Source: Acidimicrobiia bacterium
Lineage (GTDB): Bacteria > Actinomycetota > Acidimicrobiia > IMCC26256 > PALSA-610
Reading direction: 5' to 3'
Length of the DNA stretch: 64,000 bases
Assembly: GCA_038202885.1 (NCBI GenBank)
Contig: JBBREP010000007.1
Coordinates: 12,327 to 76,326, forward strand
This document shows positions 1 through 10,016 of this stretch, piece after piece. Numbering within the stretch: position 1 is the stretch's first letter; the number at the start of each line of letters is the position of its first letter. Under the pieces are notes generated by a model. The model searched no databases. It was not told the origin of the DNA and saw only the letters and a program-made list of their open reading frames with translations. The position numbers and the translations under genes are program-made.

Positions 1-5
1 CGCAT
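1..5 (-). CDS. Start of a minus-strand gene running off the left edge
   Basis: Minus-strand AGGAG (12-16) followed by ATG at 5-3; the rest lies outside the window. Confidence 0.4.
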
Positions 6-65
6 GGGTTTCTCCTCTATTGCGTTGACTGTGTCGACCGTACGCATGCACGGTGGCATGTACCA

Positions 66-79
66 GAGGCGGAGGTCCC
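66..79. promoter_or_regulatory. DosR/DevR-like box
   Basis: Minus strand GGGACCTCCGCCTC matches GGGAC-N4-GNCCC with 1 mismatch; lies upstream of the USP gene. Confidence 0.45.
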
Positions 80-156
80 AATCACCCGAGCCTGATCTCT
101 CGGGCGCGCCGCAGCCCGCCCGCTCGCCGGCCGTGGCCGATGGGTCCGGTCGCGAC

Positions 157-170
157 GGGACGTTTGGCTC
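157..170. promoter_or_regulatory. DosR/DevR-like box
   Basis: GGGACGTTTGGCTC, 1 mismatch to GGGAC-N4-GNCCC, upstream of the USP gene. Confidence 0.45.
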
Positions 171-227
171 TTCCAGCGGCGCTGGTCTGCCGCGATTGTG
201 AGGGAGGTTCACAACAAGGAGCAGGTC

Positions 228-1049
228 ATGCCCCGAACGATCATCGTGCCGCTTGATGGCTCGCTCCACGCCGAGCGCGCGCTCGAGCCCGCGTGGATGC
301 TCGCGCAGCAGGCGCACGCCCAATTGGTGCTCGTGACGACCGGGCCCGAGGGCATGGTCCATCCGATGTCGTACCTCGAAGCGGCGGCGCGCAATGTGGG
401 AGGAGCCGCAGTGCTCAAGTTCGTGTCGCCGGAGCACTCGGCCGCCGACGCGATCATGCGCATCGCGGCCAGCGAGCCCGGCGCGGTCGTGTGCATGACG
501 ACGCGCACGCACGGAGGTGTCGGTCTTCCCGTGTTGGGCAGCGTCGCGGAGGAGGTGCTGCGCCGGATCGAGGTACCACTGGTGCTCGTCGGACCGTCGA
601 TGACCGCACGCGCCGGGAGCGCTCCGTTCAAGGAGTTGCTCGTATGCCTCGACGGCTCACACGCTGGGGCCAGCATTATGCCGACGGCCGTGCGGTGTGC
701 TGGAACCCTCGGGCTCAGCGTATGGCTGGTTGGCGTCGTCGATCCCGAATGGGAGGCCGAGTCCGAACGTGAGGCTGGGCATGACGTGTCGGTGTCGGGG
801 CCGCTTGAGCGCGTCGCGCTCGAGCTGCGCGCGTCGCACATTGAGGTGAACTGGGAGACCCTGCATGGGCCCGACGCGGCCGAGGCGATCGTCAATTTCG
901 CGCGCAACCGGTCCGCGCCGCTCATCGCCATGACCACGCACGGGCGCACGGGGCTCGCGCGAGTGCTTGCCGGAAGCGTCGCGATGGCGGTCGTGCGCGA
1001 TGCGCCGTGTCCGGTGCTCGTCACGCGTAGCCCGGATCTCGGTGATTGA
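228..1049 (+). CDS. Universal stress protein with two UspA domains
   Basis: IIVPLDGS...LGSVAEEVLR and LLVCLDGS...HGRTGLARVLAGSVA..VV..APCPVLV; AAGGAG SD before ATG 228. Confidence 0.92.
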   Translation: MPRTIIVPLDGSLHAERALEPAWMLAQQAHAQLVLVTTGPEGMVHPMSYLEAAARNVGGAAVLKFVSPEHSAADAIMRIAASEPGAVVCMTTRTHGGVGLPVLGSVAEEVLRRIEVPLVLVGPSMTARAGSAPFKELLVCLDGSHAGASIMPTAVRCAGTLGLSVWLVGVVDPEWEAESEREAGHDVSVSGPLERVALELRASHIEVNWETLHGPDAAEAIVNFARNRSAPLIAMTTHGRTGLARVLAGSVAMAVVRDAPCPVLVTRSPDLGD

Positions 1050-1094
1050 CCGCCGTGGCAACGGTTCGCACTCCGGAAGGGATGGTACGCAGCG

Positions 1095-2579
1095 ATGGAA
1101 ACTGAACCGACACGAGCCGCGGTACACGAAACTCACGTGTCGACGGTGTTCTTCGTGGGCGACCGAGCGTACAAACTCAAAAAGTCTGTGCACCTCGACT
1201 TCCTCGACTTCTCGACCCGAGCCCGACGCGCGGCAGCGTGTCGGCGCGAAGTGGAACTGAACCGGCGCCTCGCTCCCGACGTGTACCTCGGGGTTGCCGA
1301 CGTGCTCGGCACCGACGGCCAGCCGTGTGACCACATGGTGGTCATGCGGCGCATGCCCGAGCATCGGCGCCTGTCGACGCTGGTGCGCCAACACTCCCCG
1401 GTCGACGGCTGCGTCCGTGACACCGCGCGCATGATCGCGGCCTTCCACGCCGTCGCCAACACGTCGCCGTCGATCGCCATGGCCGGCTCCTTGAGTGCCG
1501 TGCGCGCCCACTGGGTGTCGAACTTCGCCACGATGCAGCCGTTTGTCGGTCGAGTCCTGCAACCCGAGATGGCCGAGGCCGTCGAAAAGCTCGCGTCGCG
1601 CTATCTCGACGGTCGCGCCAGGCTGTTCCAGTCACGCGTTGCGCACGGGCGGGTGCGAGACGGGCACGGCGATCTTCAGGCCGATGACATCTTCTGTCTC
1701 GACGATGGCCCGCGTGTGCTCGACTGCATCGAGTTCGACGACCAACTCCGTTACGGCGATGTGCTCGCCGACGTCGCGTTTCTCGCGATGGACCTCGAAC
1801 GACTGGGAGCGCCGGAGCTCGCCGAACGCTTTCTTGGTTGGTACCGCGAGTTCTCAGGCGAGGCGCATCCGCAGACGCTCGCGCATCACTACATTGCGTA
1901 TCGAGCACACGTACGCGCGAAGGTCGCGTGCCTGCGCGCTGACCAAGGTGACGACACCGCCGCGGCCAGGGCCCAGGAGTTGCTCCAGCTCGCGCTCGAC
2001 CACCTTGAACGCGGCCGGGTCACGCTCACGCTTGTGGGCGGGCTCCCTGGCACCGGAAAGTCGACGCTCGCCGGTGATCTCGCCGACCGGCTCGGGTGGA
2101 CCGTGCTGCGCTCGGACGAGTTGCGCAAGGATCTGGCTGGCCTCGGCCACACCGCACGTACCGGCGCCGCGTATCGCGAGGATCTCTACAGCGACGCGAG
2201 CACCACCGCGACGTACCGGACGCTGCTCGACCGGGCCGGCGCGCTGCTGGAGCTGGGCGAACCGGTGATCCTCGACGCGTCGTGGGGCGCGAGCCGTTGG
2301 CGCGACGAGGCGCGGGCGCTGGCGCGCAACACGCGCAGCGACGTCGTCGAACTGCGCTGTGAGGCACCGACCGACGTTGCTCGTGCGCGGCTCGCGGCGC
2401 GTGGGCACGCCGACAACGACGCGTCCGACGCCACCAGTGCAGTAGCAGCGCAGATGGCCGTCGACGTCGACTCCTGGCCCACTGCGACGACGATCGACAC
2501 GTCGTCGTCACGCGAGTCGGCCCTCTCTGCCGCCACGCACGCGGCCACCACACATGCGGCCACCGCACCGGCGGATTGA
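1095..2579 (+). CDS. Aminoglycoside-phosphotransferase-like/AAA_33 kinase fusion (Rv2004c-like)
   Basis: ETHVS, AYKLKK, RDGHGDL, DCIEF; Walker A GLPGTGKST. Confidence 0.9.
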   Translation: METEPTRAAVHETHVSTVFFVGDRAYKLKKSVHLDFLDFSTRARRAAACRREVELNRRLAPDVYLGVADVLGTDGQPCDHMVVMRRMPEHRRLSTLVRQHSPVDGCVRDTARMIAAFHAVANTSPSIAMAGSLSAVRAHWVSNFATMQPFVGRVLQPEMAEAVEKLASRYLDGRARLFQSRVAHGRVRDGHGDLQADDIFCLDDGPRVLDCIEFDDQLRYGDVLADVAFLAMDLERLGAPELAERFLGWYREFSGEAHPQTLAHHYIAYRAHVRAKVACLRADQGDDTAAARAQELLQLALDHLERGRVTLTLVGGLPGTGKSTLAGDLADRLGWTVLRSDELRKDLAGLGHTARTGAAYREDLYSDASTTATYRTLLDRAGALLELGEPVILDASWGASRWRDEARALARNTRSDVVELRCEAPTDVARARLAARGHADNDASDATSAVAAQMAVDVDSWPTATTIDTSSSRESALSAATHAATTHAATAPAD

Positions 2580-2582
2580 GAC

Positions 2583-3065
2583 ATGCACGCCACCGTGCAC
2601 GCCACACAATCATTCGCCGGGCCGTGGTGGCTTGCCGTCGTCGTCGTCGAGGCATCGGCGCACGACGTCCTTGAACCGGTGTTGCGGGAGCTGCCGGCGC
2701 GGCTCACGCCTGCGGCCGGTCCGCCGGATTCGACCGCGGTCGACTTCGGACCCATGGTGCGCACCGGAACGGTTGGATGTCTGGCATTGCGATGGCAGGC
2801 TGGCGCGCCCGCCGCGGTCGCGCGTACGAACGCCGATGTCGCCACCATGGTCGGTGAGCTGCGCCTGGCCGAAATCGGTGCGAACAGCACGCAACTCACG
2901 CTCACGGGTCAGTTCGTGCCCGCGCCAGCAGCGTCACGGTTCGCGGTCGAGTCCGTCGCCGCGCAGCGTGGCTGCGACGAGGTCGTCGAGCGACTGGCCC
3001 GAAGCATCGAAGACGCGGTCGCCGACCAAATCGGTACCCGCTCGCCCTACGACGGTCGATACTGA
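2583..3065 (+). CDS. Hypothetical protein, possibly SRPBCC/START-like fold
   Basis: Starts 3 nt after the upstream stop; LRWQA...GELRL...TQLTLTGQF..P resembles hypotheticals I associate with actinobacterial USP clusters. Confidence 0.55.
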   Translation: MHATVHATQSFAGPWWLAVVVVEASAHDVLEPVLRELPARLTPAAGPPDSTAVDFGPMVRTGTVGCLALRWQAGAPAAVARTNADVATMVGELRLAEIGANSTQLTLTGQFVPAPAASRFAVESVAAQRGCDEVVERLARSIEDAVADQIGTRSPYDGRY

Positions 3066-3090
3066 ATGCCCTACGACGGTCGATACTGAA
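3044..3090. repeat. Tandem duplication, 23-bp unit, period 24
   Basis: GCCCTACGACGGTCGATACTGAA at 3044-3066 and 3068-3090; the first copy contains the stop codon. Confidence 0.95.
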
Positions 3091-3127
3091 CGGTGCGGTT
3101 GACGCCGATGGGGCTGTTGCGAGCGGC

Positions 3128-3688
3128 TCAGGACGCGATTGACGATGGGCCCGGTGACGCCGCGGGCCAGACCTTGGCCGCCAGCGCTTGGCCCCAACGC
3201 CGTGCTTCAGCTTGCTCGCCGGGCTCGAGATCGTTGTGCTTGGTCACAAGGAAGCTGCGGGGCTCGGTGACCACGGTGCAGCCGTGGACGCGGAGCCGCT
3301 TGCTGATGCCACGCGAGGCGCGTCCGGCTACCCACGCCGGCACGTTCACCCGCGTGTCGAATGCTGCGGCTGGCCCGCCGAGCTGGCCCAGCGACTCGAA
3401 CCATTCGCGCAGGCCTGGGCCTTCGGCGTCGGGTTCGACCACGAGCTCGTGTCCGGGTTTGCGCGCGTCGCCGACCGCGGCCCGGCGCGTGCTCGCGCGG
3501 CTCAGGCTGTGCGCGTGGGTCGGACCACCGACCACGATCAAGTCCGCGCCGTAGACGAGGTCGTGACCAGCCTGGCCGACTGGCACGACGACGACGTCGT
3601 ACGCCGAATCTGCCAGTCCGGCCCCGATCGCCTCGGCGATGAGGTGAGTATTGCCGTACATCGATTCGTAAACGACGACTCCGCGCAT
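3128..3688 (-). CDS. Flavodoxin domain protein
   Basis: VVYESMYGNT FMN loop, VVGGPTH, AAFDTR; GGAGG SD. Confidence 0.9.
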   Translation of the reverse strand: MRGVVVYESMYGNTHLIAEAIGAGLADSAYDVVVVPVGQAGHDLVYGADLIVVGGPTHAHSLSRASTRRAAVGDARKPGHELVVEPDAEGPGLREWFESLGQLGGPAAAFDTRVNVPAWVAGRASRGISKRLRVHGCTVVTEPRSFLVTKHNDLEPGEQAEARRWGQALAAKVWPAASPGPSSIAS

Positions 3689-3759
3689 CTCGGCCTCCGC
3701 ATCCGTGGCTCGGTAGTTCGAGCTGCCTCAACAATGGCGGGCCGCGCCGGCGATGGCCA

Positions 3760-3773
3760 GGGACCAAAGACAC
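3760..3773. promoter_or_regulatory. DosR/DevR-like box upstream of flavodoxin
   Basis: GGGACCAAAGACAC versus consensus core GGGACTWWAGTCCC. Confidence 0.55.
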
Positions 3774-3819
3774 GTTTTGGCACAGTCTTGTCCGACGGCC
3801 GGCACTACGGTTCGCCCGC

Positions 3820-4998
3820 ATGACCGAGCTCTCGCTTGACCCATCGGTGATCATCGACGCCGCGGTCGCCGCGGCCGGCACCGACGATTTCGGCGCGCCC
3901 ACCTGGCGCGAAGGCCTCGAGCGCCTCCTCGCGTCGCTACGCGACGAAGCGCAGCTCAATGCACTCGGGGTGCAGATCGCCGCCGGCGAGATGGTCGACT
4001 ACCTCACCACGCGCGCTGCGATCCTCCAATATCGGCTCGAGCACCCAGCCGTCGCCGAAGGCGATGTGGTGCCGCCGATCGTGATCGTCGGCCAGGCCCG
4101 TACCGGCACGACCATGCTCTACGACCTGCTCGCGCAGGACCCGACCACCCGGGTGCCGCTGACGTGGGAAGTCGACCGGCCGTGTCCGCCGCCCGAGACC
4201 GCCACCTACGACACCGACCCGCGCATTGACGAGGTCGAGGCGATGTACGCGGGTACCGAGCTGCTCATCCCTGGCTTTCGGGCGATGCATCCGCTCGGCC
4301 CCCGTCTCGCGCAGGAGTGCGTGCGGATCACCGGTGGTGAGTTCGCGAGCCTGATCTTCCCCACGCAATACCGAGTGCCGTCGTACGCGATGTGGCTCCA
4401 ACACGAAGCCGACCTCGCGCCCGCGTATCGGTGGCACCGCGTGTTCCTCCAGCATCTCCAGGCCCGCCACCATGGCGATCGGTGGCTCTTGAAGTCACCA
4501 GCGCACATCTGGCATCTCGGTGCGTTGCTCCACGAGTACCCGGGCGCGCTGTTGGTGCAAACGCACCGCGACCCGTTGCGCATTATTGCGTCGGTGTCGT
4601 CGTTGCAGGCCACGTTGCGACGCCTCGGATCCGACGCCCCCGACCTCGCCGACATCGCGGCCGAGTGGGCGCCGTACATCATCGAGGGACTCGACCGGTC
4701 GGTAGCTGGCCGCATCGATGGCACGGTGGCGCCCGAGCACGTCGTGGATGTGCAGTTCGCCGAGTTTCTCGCCGACCCGTTCGGGGTCGTCGGGCGCATC
4801 TACGACCGTTTCGGCATCGAGCTCAGCGCCGAGGCCGAGCGCCGCATGCACGCCTTTTATGCCGACCATCCGCACGAGGGCCCTGGCGCGCACCACTACT
4901 CGTTCGCCGACACGGGCCTCGTGGAAGCCGAGTGGCGTGAACGCGCGCAGCCGTACCAGGAATATTTCGGCGTAGCGTCCGAGCAGCTCGACAGCTGA
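3820..4998 (+). CDS. Sulfotransferase family protein (mycobacterial Stf-like)
   Basis: GQARTGTT PAPS loop, WLLKSPAH, THRDP. Confidence 0.9.
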   Translation: MTELSLDPSVIIDAAVAAAGTDDFGAPTWREGLERLLASLRDEAQLNALGVQIAAGEMVDYLTTRAAILQYRLEHPAVAEGDVVPPIVIVGQARTGTTMLYDLLAQDPTTRVPLTWEVDRPCPPPETATYDTDPRIDEVEAMYAGTELLIPGFRAMHPLGPRLAQECVRITGGEFASLIFPTQYRVPSYAMWLQHEADLAPAYRWHRVFLQHLQARHHGDRWLLKSPAHIWHLGALLHEYPGALLVQTHRDPLRIIASVSSLQATLRRLGSDAPDLADIAAEWAPYIIEGLDRSVAGRIDGTVAPEHVVDVQFAEFLADPFGVVGRIYDRFGIELSAEAERRMHAFYADHPHEGPGAHHYSFADTGLVEAEWRERAQPYQEYFGVASEQLDS

Positions 4999-5042
4999 TT
5001 GACGACAAGTGTCGCGCGAGCGACCCGGATCGAGGAGGCCGT

Positions 5043-5546
5043 ATGCCTGCGGCAGTGCAACGACTCAACCACGCGGTGCTGTTCGTGAGCGACGTGGAAC
5101 GCTCGGTGGCGTTCTACTGCGACACACTTGGCTTCAGCGTCGCGGTGCATCTCGGCAACGCCGCGTTTTTGCGCGCGCACGACTCGCCGAACGACCACGA
5201 TCTCGGGCTGTTCGGTATCGGCCCGAACTCCACCGCGCGGCCACGGCGCTCGACGGGGCTGTACCACCTCGCGTGGCAGGTCGACACGATCGAAGACCTC
5301 GCCGGCCTACGCAACGTGTTGCTCGAGGCTGGCGCGCTCGTGGGTGAATCGGATCACGGTGTGTCGAAGTCGCTCTACGGCGTCGATCCTGACGGCATCG
5401 AGTTCGAGGTGATGTGGGCGGTGCCGCGTGCGGACTGGCCGGAGGTCCCCGGCACCGAACACCTCGACCTCGATGCCGCGCTGGCGCGCTACGCGGCGAC
5501 GCCGACCTTGATCGAAACCGCCGGGCGCGCGGGCCAAGGAAGCTGA
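5043..5546 (+). CDS. VOC/glyoxalase family protein
   Basis: LNHAVLFV, GLYHLAW, DHGVSKSLY..DPDGIEFE; GAGGAGG SD. Confidence 0.9.
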   Translation: MPAAVQRLNHAVLFVSDVERSVAFYCDTLGFSVAVHLGNAAFLRAHDSPNDHDLGLFGIGPNSTARPRRSTGLYHLAWQVDTIEDLAGLRNVLLEAGALVGESDHGVSKSLYGVDPDGIEFEVMWAVPRADWPEVPGTEHLDLDAALARYAATPTLIETAGRAGQGS

Positions 5547-5578
5547 TCGCGACGCTCGGCGTGCCTCCCGCGAGGCGT

Positions 5579-6322
5579 CTACAAGATGTTGACTGCGCGC
5601 GCGACGACGAGCGCGACGGTCATCAGCGACACGGCCGATTGCACCATCATCGTCATCTTCGCCCATCGACTCAGGGGCAGCACGTCGGTGGGGCTGAACG
5701 CCGCGGCATTCGTGAACGACAGGTAGAAGTAGTCAACAAATCCCGATGCCCAGCCCGGTGGCGCGAGCTCGGGGTTCTGCATCTGCACGAACGCGAAGTC
5801 GGGGAAGCGCTCGGTGCCGACGGCGCGCGCGACGGGCCCGCCGCGATCGAGCTCCCAGTATCCGAGCGCGAACACGATCACATTCGTCAGCCAGATGGCG
5901 CCACCGGTGACGAGCAATTTGGTGGCGTCACCGCGGAAATGCCCATGGAGCAACGCGCTCACGAGCCGCGTTCCCGACACAACGTTCGCAGTCGCAAGCG
6001 ACGCGATCATCGCCAGGCCAAGGACTCGTACCGTGGTGGAAACCTCGGTGAGTCGCTTCGGCCGTGCGATGCCCAGGGCGGCAAGTAGCAATCCACCGAT
6101 CAGCCCGAGGATCCAGTGGTGGCGAAGTTGCACTTGTGCGGGCAGGGTGTACTGCATCGCGAGCGCGGCGATGACGGTGAGCGTGACGGGCCAGCGCGGC
6201 TCACCGCCGGTTGCTTTGCGCCACACCGGGAGCACCGTCGCGTCGAGTACCCGATTCGACAGCCCTTCGGTCTTGCGTAGACCTGCGTCGACGTTACGTC
6301 GGATGCGTCCGAAGCTCGACAT
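5579..6322 (-). CDS. DUF1345-like membrane protein
   Basis: YWELDRGGP, PDFAF.Q, DYFYLSFTNAAAFSPTD; start moved to ATG 6322. Confidence 0.8.
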   Translation of the reverse strand: MSSFGRIRRNVDAGLRKTEGLSNRVLDATVLPVWRKATGGEPRWPVTLTVIAALAMQYTLPAQVQLRHHWILGLIGGLLLAALGIARPKRLTEVSTTVRVLGLAMIASLATANVVSGTRLVSALLHGHFRGDATKLLVTGGAIWLTNVIVFALGYWELDRGGPVARAVGTERFPDFAFVQMQNPELAPPGWASGFVDYFYLSFTNAAAFSPTDVLPLSRWAKMTMMVQSAVSLMTVALVVARAVNIL

Positions 6323-6354
6323 ACGCGCGCATTCTCGCGCGCGATGAACGACGC

Positions 6355-8028
6355 TTACGCGACCGGGTGGTACCCGTTCCAGCGAACTTGGAACGTTGGT
6401 GCGGTCGCCTGGGTGGTCGGCGGCTTCAAGAACAGCGCCAGGCGCTTGAGGAAGGCCTTTGAGCTGGTCGACCACGTCGGCGCGCCGACACGCGTGAACA
6501 GCGAGTTGGATTGGCGCTGGGCCGATGCCCATTTCGGGCGCTGGCCGGTGGCGGGCGCCGCGCCGGTGCGGCGGGCGTCGTGGCGCCACGTCGGCCACGC
6601 GGCGGCGGCCGACGACGGTCCGAGGTTGTAGATCGACAGCATGCCGTAGGCGGCAGGGTCGGCCTCGGTACGTGGCCAGCCGCCTTGCATCCCGGCCATG
6701 ACGAGGATGCGTCCGGTGGGCGTCGTGGCGACGGTCGGCGTCGACTGGTACGCGAAGTGCGAACCGAGCGGACCGGCGATGCGGGCGCCGTTGCGGCCGT
6801 CCAGCACGTAGACGGCGGTGTCGGTCGGGACGATCACGTCTTGGTGGCCATCGCCATTCACATCGGCGATGGCGGCGCCGGCCTCGATACGTGACGGCTG
6901 CGCGCCGACCGCGCCGGTGAACGGGCTGACGTCCCAGAGCTTCTGGCCATGGATCGCGTACGCGCGCACTCGTCCGTCCCAACCTCCAGCGACGACATCG
7001 GAGCGACCATCGCCGTTGAGGTCACCGACCGCGACGCTTGCGGCGGTGACCGATCCGGTGTCGACCGGCCAGCCCGGCACGGAACTGCCGTTGTCGAGGT
7101 GCCATGCGTAGATCCGACGGCTGTCGGCGTTCTGGAACGCCCAACCAGTCGTGGTGATGACTTCCATCCGGCCGTCGTTATCAAGGTCAGCGATCGCCGG
7201 CGATGCGTCGAGGGATTCGGTGATGTTGTGACGCCACATCGTGTAGACGGTGCCGTTTACGTCGGCGAGCGCGAACATGGTGCCGCCGATGTGCGGCTGC
7301 GGTCCACCGCCGGTGCTGGGTGAGCCGACGAAGATCTCGTTGCGACCATCGTGGTTCACGTCGTAGAGCGCCGGCGAGGACCACACGGTGTCGTCGGCCT
7401 GATACGGAAAACCGCGTAGCTCCTGGCCGTAGCGGTTCAGCGCATGGATCCGCGCTTCGAGTGTGCCGAACACGATGTCGGGATGCCCGTCGCCGTCGAC
7501 GTCACCGATGGCCGGCGTCGCGATCGCGCCCTCGGTGTAGCCGTCGTGGTGGAACGACGTCTGGCCCCAGATCGTGATGTAGTCGATGCCTTGCCAATGC
7601 CACAGGATGCGCCCGCTGGGATCGAACACCACCAGTCCGCCTTGCTGGTTCGGCGCCCACACCGATGTGGCGCCGACAATGACTTCCATTTTGCCGTTGC
7701 CGTACAGGTCGGCAACCGCCGGCGCGCTCTCGACGGCTGTCGGGTGCACGCCGTCGGGGCGTGCGTACTGCGGCCAGCCGGGGAGTTCGCCCGAACCGTC
7801 GGCGCGATACGCGTGCACGAGCCCGTCGAGGTCGCCCACGATGATCTCGGGGGTGCCGTCGCCGTTGAGATCGGCGACGACGGGTGCGGATTCGTGGAAT
7901 CGGCCCGACGTTTTGTGCTGCCAGGAGAGACTCGGCGTCGACGCGGCTCCGGCACCAACCGGCGACACGGCAAGGAGGCCGAGCGTCACCAGGCATGGCG
8001 CGATGAGTTGGCGCGCGAAACGCTGCAT
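6355..8028 (-). CDS. Secreted FG-GAP/VCBS-repeat beta-propeller protein
   Basis: Signal peptide from ATG 8028; seven repeats of type DLNGDG/DVDGDG/DLDNDG; WPTWRHDARRTG. Confidence 0.85.
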   Translation of the reverse strand: MQRFARQLIAPCLVTLGLLAVSPVGAGAASTPSLSWQHKTSGRFHESAPVVADLNGDGTPEIIVGDLDGLVHAYRADGSGELPGWPQYARPDGVHPTAVESAPAVADLYGNGKMEVIVGATSVWAPNQQGGLVVFDPSGRILWHWQGIDYITIWGQTSFHHDGYTEGAIATPAIGDVDGDGHPDIVFGTLEARIHALNRYGQELRGFPYQADDTVWSSPALYDVNHDGRNEIFVGSPSTGGGPQPHIGGTMFALADVNGTVYTMWRHNITESLDASPAIADLDNDGRMEVITTTGWAFQNADSRRIYAWHLDNGSSVPGWPVDTGSVTAASVAVGDLNGDGRSDVVAGGWDGRVRAYAIHGQKLWDVSPFTGAVGAQPSRIEAGAAIADVNGDGHQDVIVPTDTAVYVLDGRNGARIAGPLGSHFAYQSTPTVATTPTGRILVMAGMQGGWPRTEADPAAYGMLSIYNLGPSSAAAAWPTWRHDARRTGAAPATGQRPKWASAQRQSNSLFTRVGAPTWSTSSKAFLKRLALFLKPPTTQATAPTFQVRWNGYHPVA

Positions 8029-8037
8029 GCCTGATCT

Positions 8038-8064
8038 GTCGGCACGTAGGCCATGCGACCTGAA
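8038..8064 (-). promoter_or_regulatory. Candidate sigma-28 (FliA/WhiG)-type promoter
   Basis: TTCA-N17-GCCGAC ending 9 nt before the ATG. Confidence 0.4.
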
Positions 8065-8075
8065 TCGTGGGGCGC

Positions 8076-8837
<762 letters not shown>

Positions 8838-8883
8838 ACAGCGAAATGTTCGCGCGGCGAGTGAGGGAACGGCTACGCGGAGG

Positions 8884-9987
8884 TCACAATCTGGCGAAAT
8901 ATTGGTCTGCGAGCCGTTGTCGTTGCCAACCCTGGTTGCCGAGGAGCAGGTCATCGACCTTGGCCCGGCGAAGGTAAAGGTGTGCGTCGCACTCCCACGT
9001 GTAGCCGACCCCGCCGTGGATCTGGACGCACTCGGCACTCACGTGATTGGCGGCCTCGGCCGCGTAGGCCTTGGCCATGGCCGCGGCATCAGCCCGTTCG
9101 GGCGCGTCGGTGTCGGAGGCCCAGGCGGCGAAGTGCACACCCACCCGAGCGAGTTCGATCTCGCGCAACAGGTCGACGGCCTTGTGCCGCGTGACTTGGA
9201 ACTTCGAGAGTGGTTTGCCGAACACCTCACGCGCTTGCGCGTAGTCGAGCGCGAGCGCGTTGGCCGCGTCGGCGACGCCGAGCAACTCTGCCGCGAGTGC
9301 CACCGCGCCGTCGTCGGCAATGCGACGCCAGATCTCGTGGTGATCGCCTGCCGGTCCGACCGCCGTGGCCGGCGTGGCGTCGAATTCCAGCGTCGCGAAG
9401 CGGCGGGTGACGTCGAGCGTCGGAGTCGGCACGGCTGGCGGGTTGCGCACGAGAAACGAGCGGATGGCGAGATCGGGTGTGGCGCGGGCCGCGACAATGA
9501 CCCAATCGCAGGTGTCGCCGTCGATCACGAGCGGCTTGGCTCCGTTGAGTCGGTAGTGGCCGGTCGCGCCATCCGCGGTGGCGGTGACCTGTACGCGCTC
9601 GGTTGGGTCGCCGTGGCCGAGCTCGTCGAGCGCGATCGTGCCGCGTTCGTTGTGCACGAGACCGGCGATGAGATCGTGCGCGCCGAGCGCCCGTGCGCCC
9701 AGTGTCGCGAGCACCGCCGACGACAGGAACGGTCCGTCGTAGAGCGCACGCCCGATCTCCTCCATGATGAGCGCGGCGTCGACAATGCCGAGGCCGAGCC
9801 CGCCCTCGTCGCTGGGCACGAGCGTGGCCGTCCAGCCGAGCGCGACGATGCGGGCCCACGCGTCGGACGGTGCGCGAACGTGTGCGTCGACTCGGTCGCG
9901 CACGAGTGCGATTGGTGATTCGCGAGCCAGTACGTCGCGCACCGACGCGCGCAGCGCGCCTTGTTCGGGGGAGAAGGCGAACTCCAC
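8884..9987 (-). CDS. Acyl-CoA dehydrogenase, short subunit of a heterotetrameric type
   Basis: GTG start VEFAFSPEQ; REVFGKPLSKFQ; QIHGGVGYTWE. Confidence 0.88.
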   Translation of the reverse strand: MEFAFSPEQGALRASVRDVLARESPIALVRDRVDAHVRAPSDAWARIVALGWTATLVPSDEGGLGLGIVDAALIMEEIGRALYDGPFLSSAVLATLGARALGAHDLIAGLVHNERGTIALDELGHGDPTERVQVTATADGATGHYRLNGAKPLVIDGDTCDWVIVAARATPDLAIRSFLVRNPPAVPTPTLDVTRRFATLEFDATPATAVGPAGDHHEIWRRIADDGAVALAAELLGVADAANALALDYAQAREVFGKPLSKFQVTRHKAVDLLREIELARVGVHFAAWASDTDAPERADAAAMAKAYAAEAANHVSAECVQIHGGVGYTWECDAHLYLRRAKVDDLLLGNQGWQRQRLADQYFARL

Positions 9988-10016
9988 GGACCTGACGGTA
10001 GCGTCAGGTCCGTGGA
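9983..10016. promoter_or_regulatory. Perfect inverted repeat, likely bidirectional leaderless promoter
   Basis: TCCACGGACCTGACG-GTAG-CGTCAGGTCCGTGGA includes both GTG starts; TAGCGT (+) and TACCGT (-) each lie 7 nt before a GTG. Confidence 0.75.

Noticed and set aside
1095-2579. Aminoglycoside resistance gene
   Set aside because: The kinase-AAA fusion beside a USP gene fits the Rv2004c stress family; nothing in the sequence supports drug resistance
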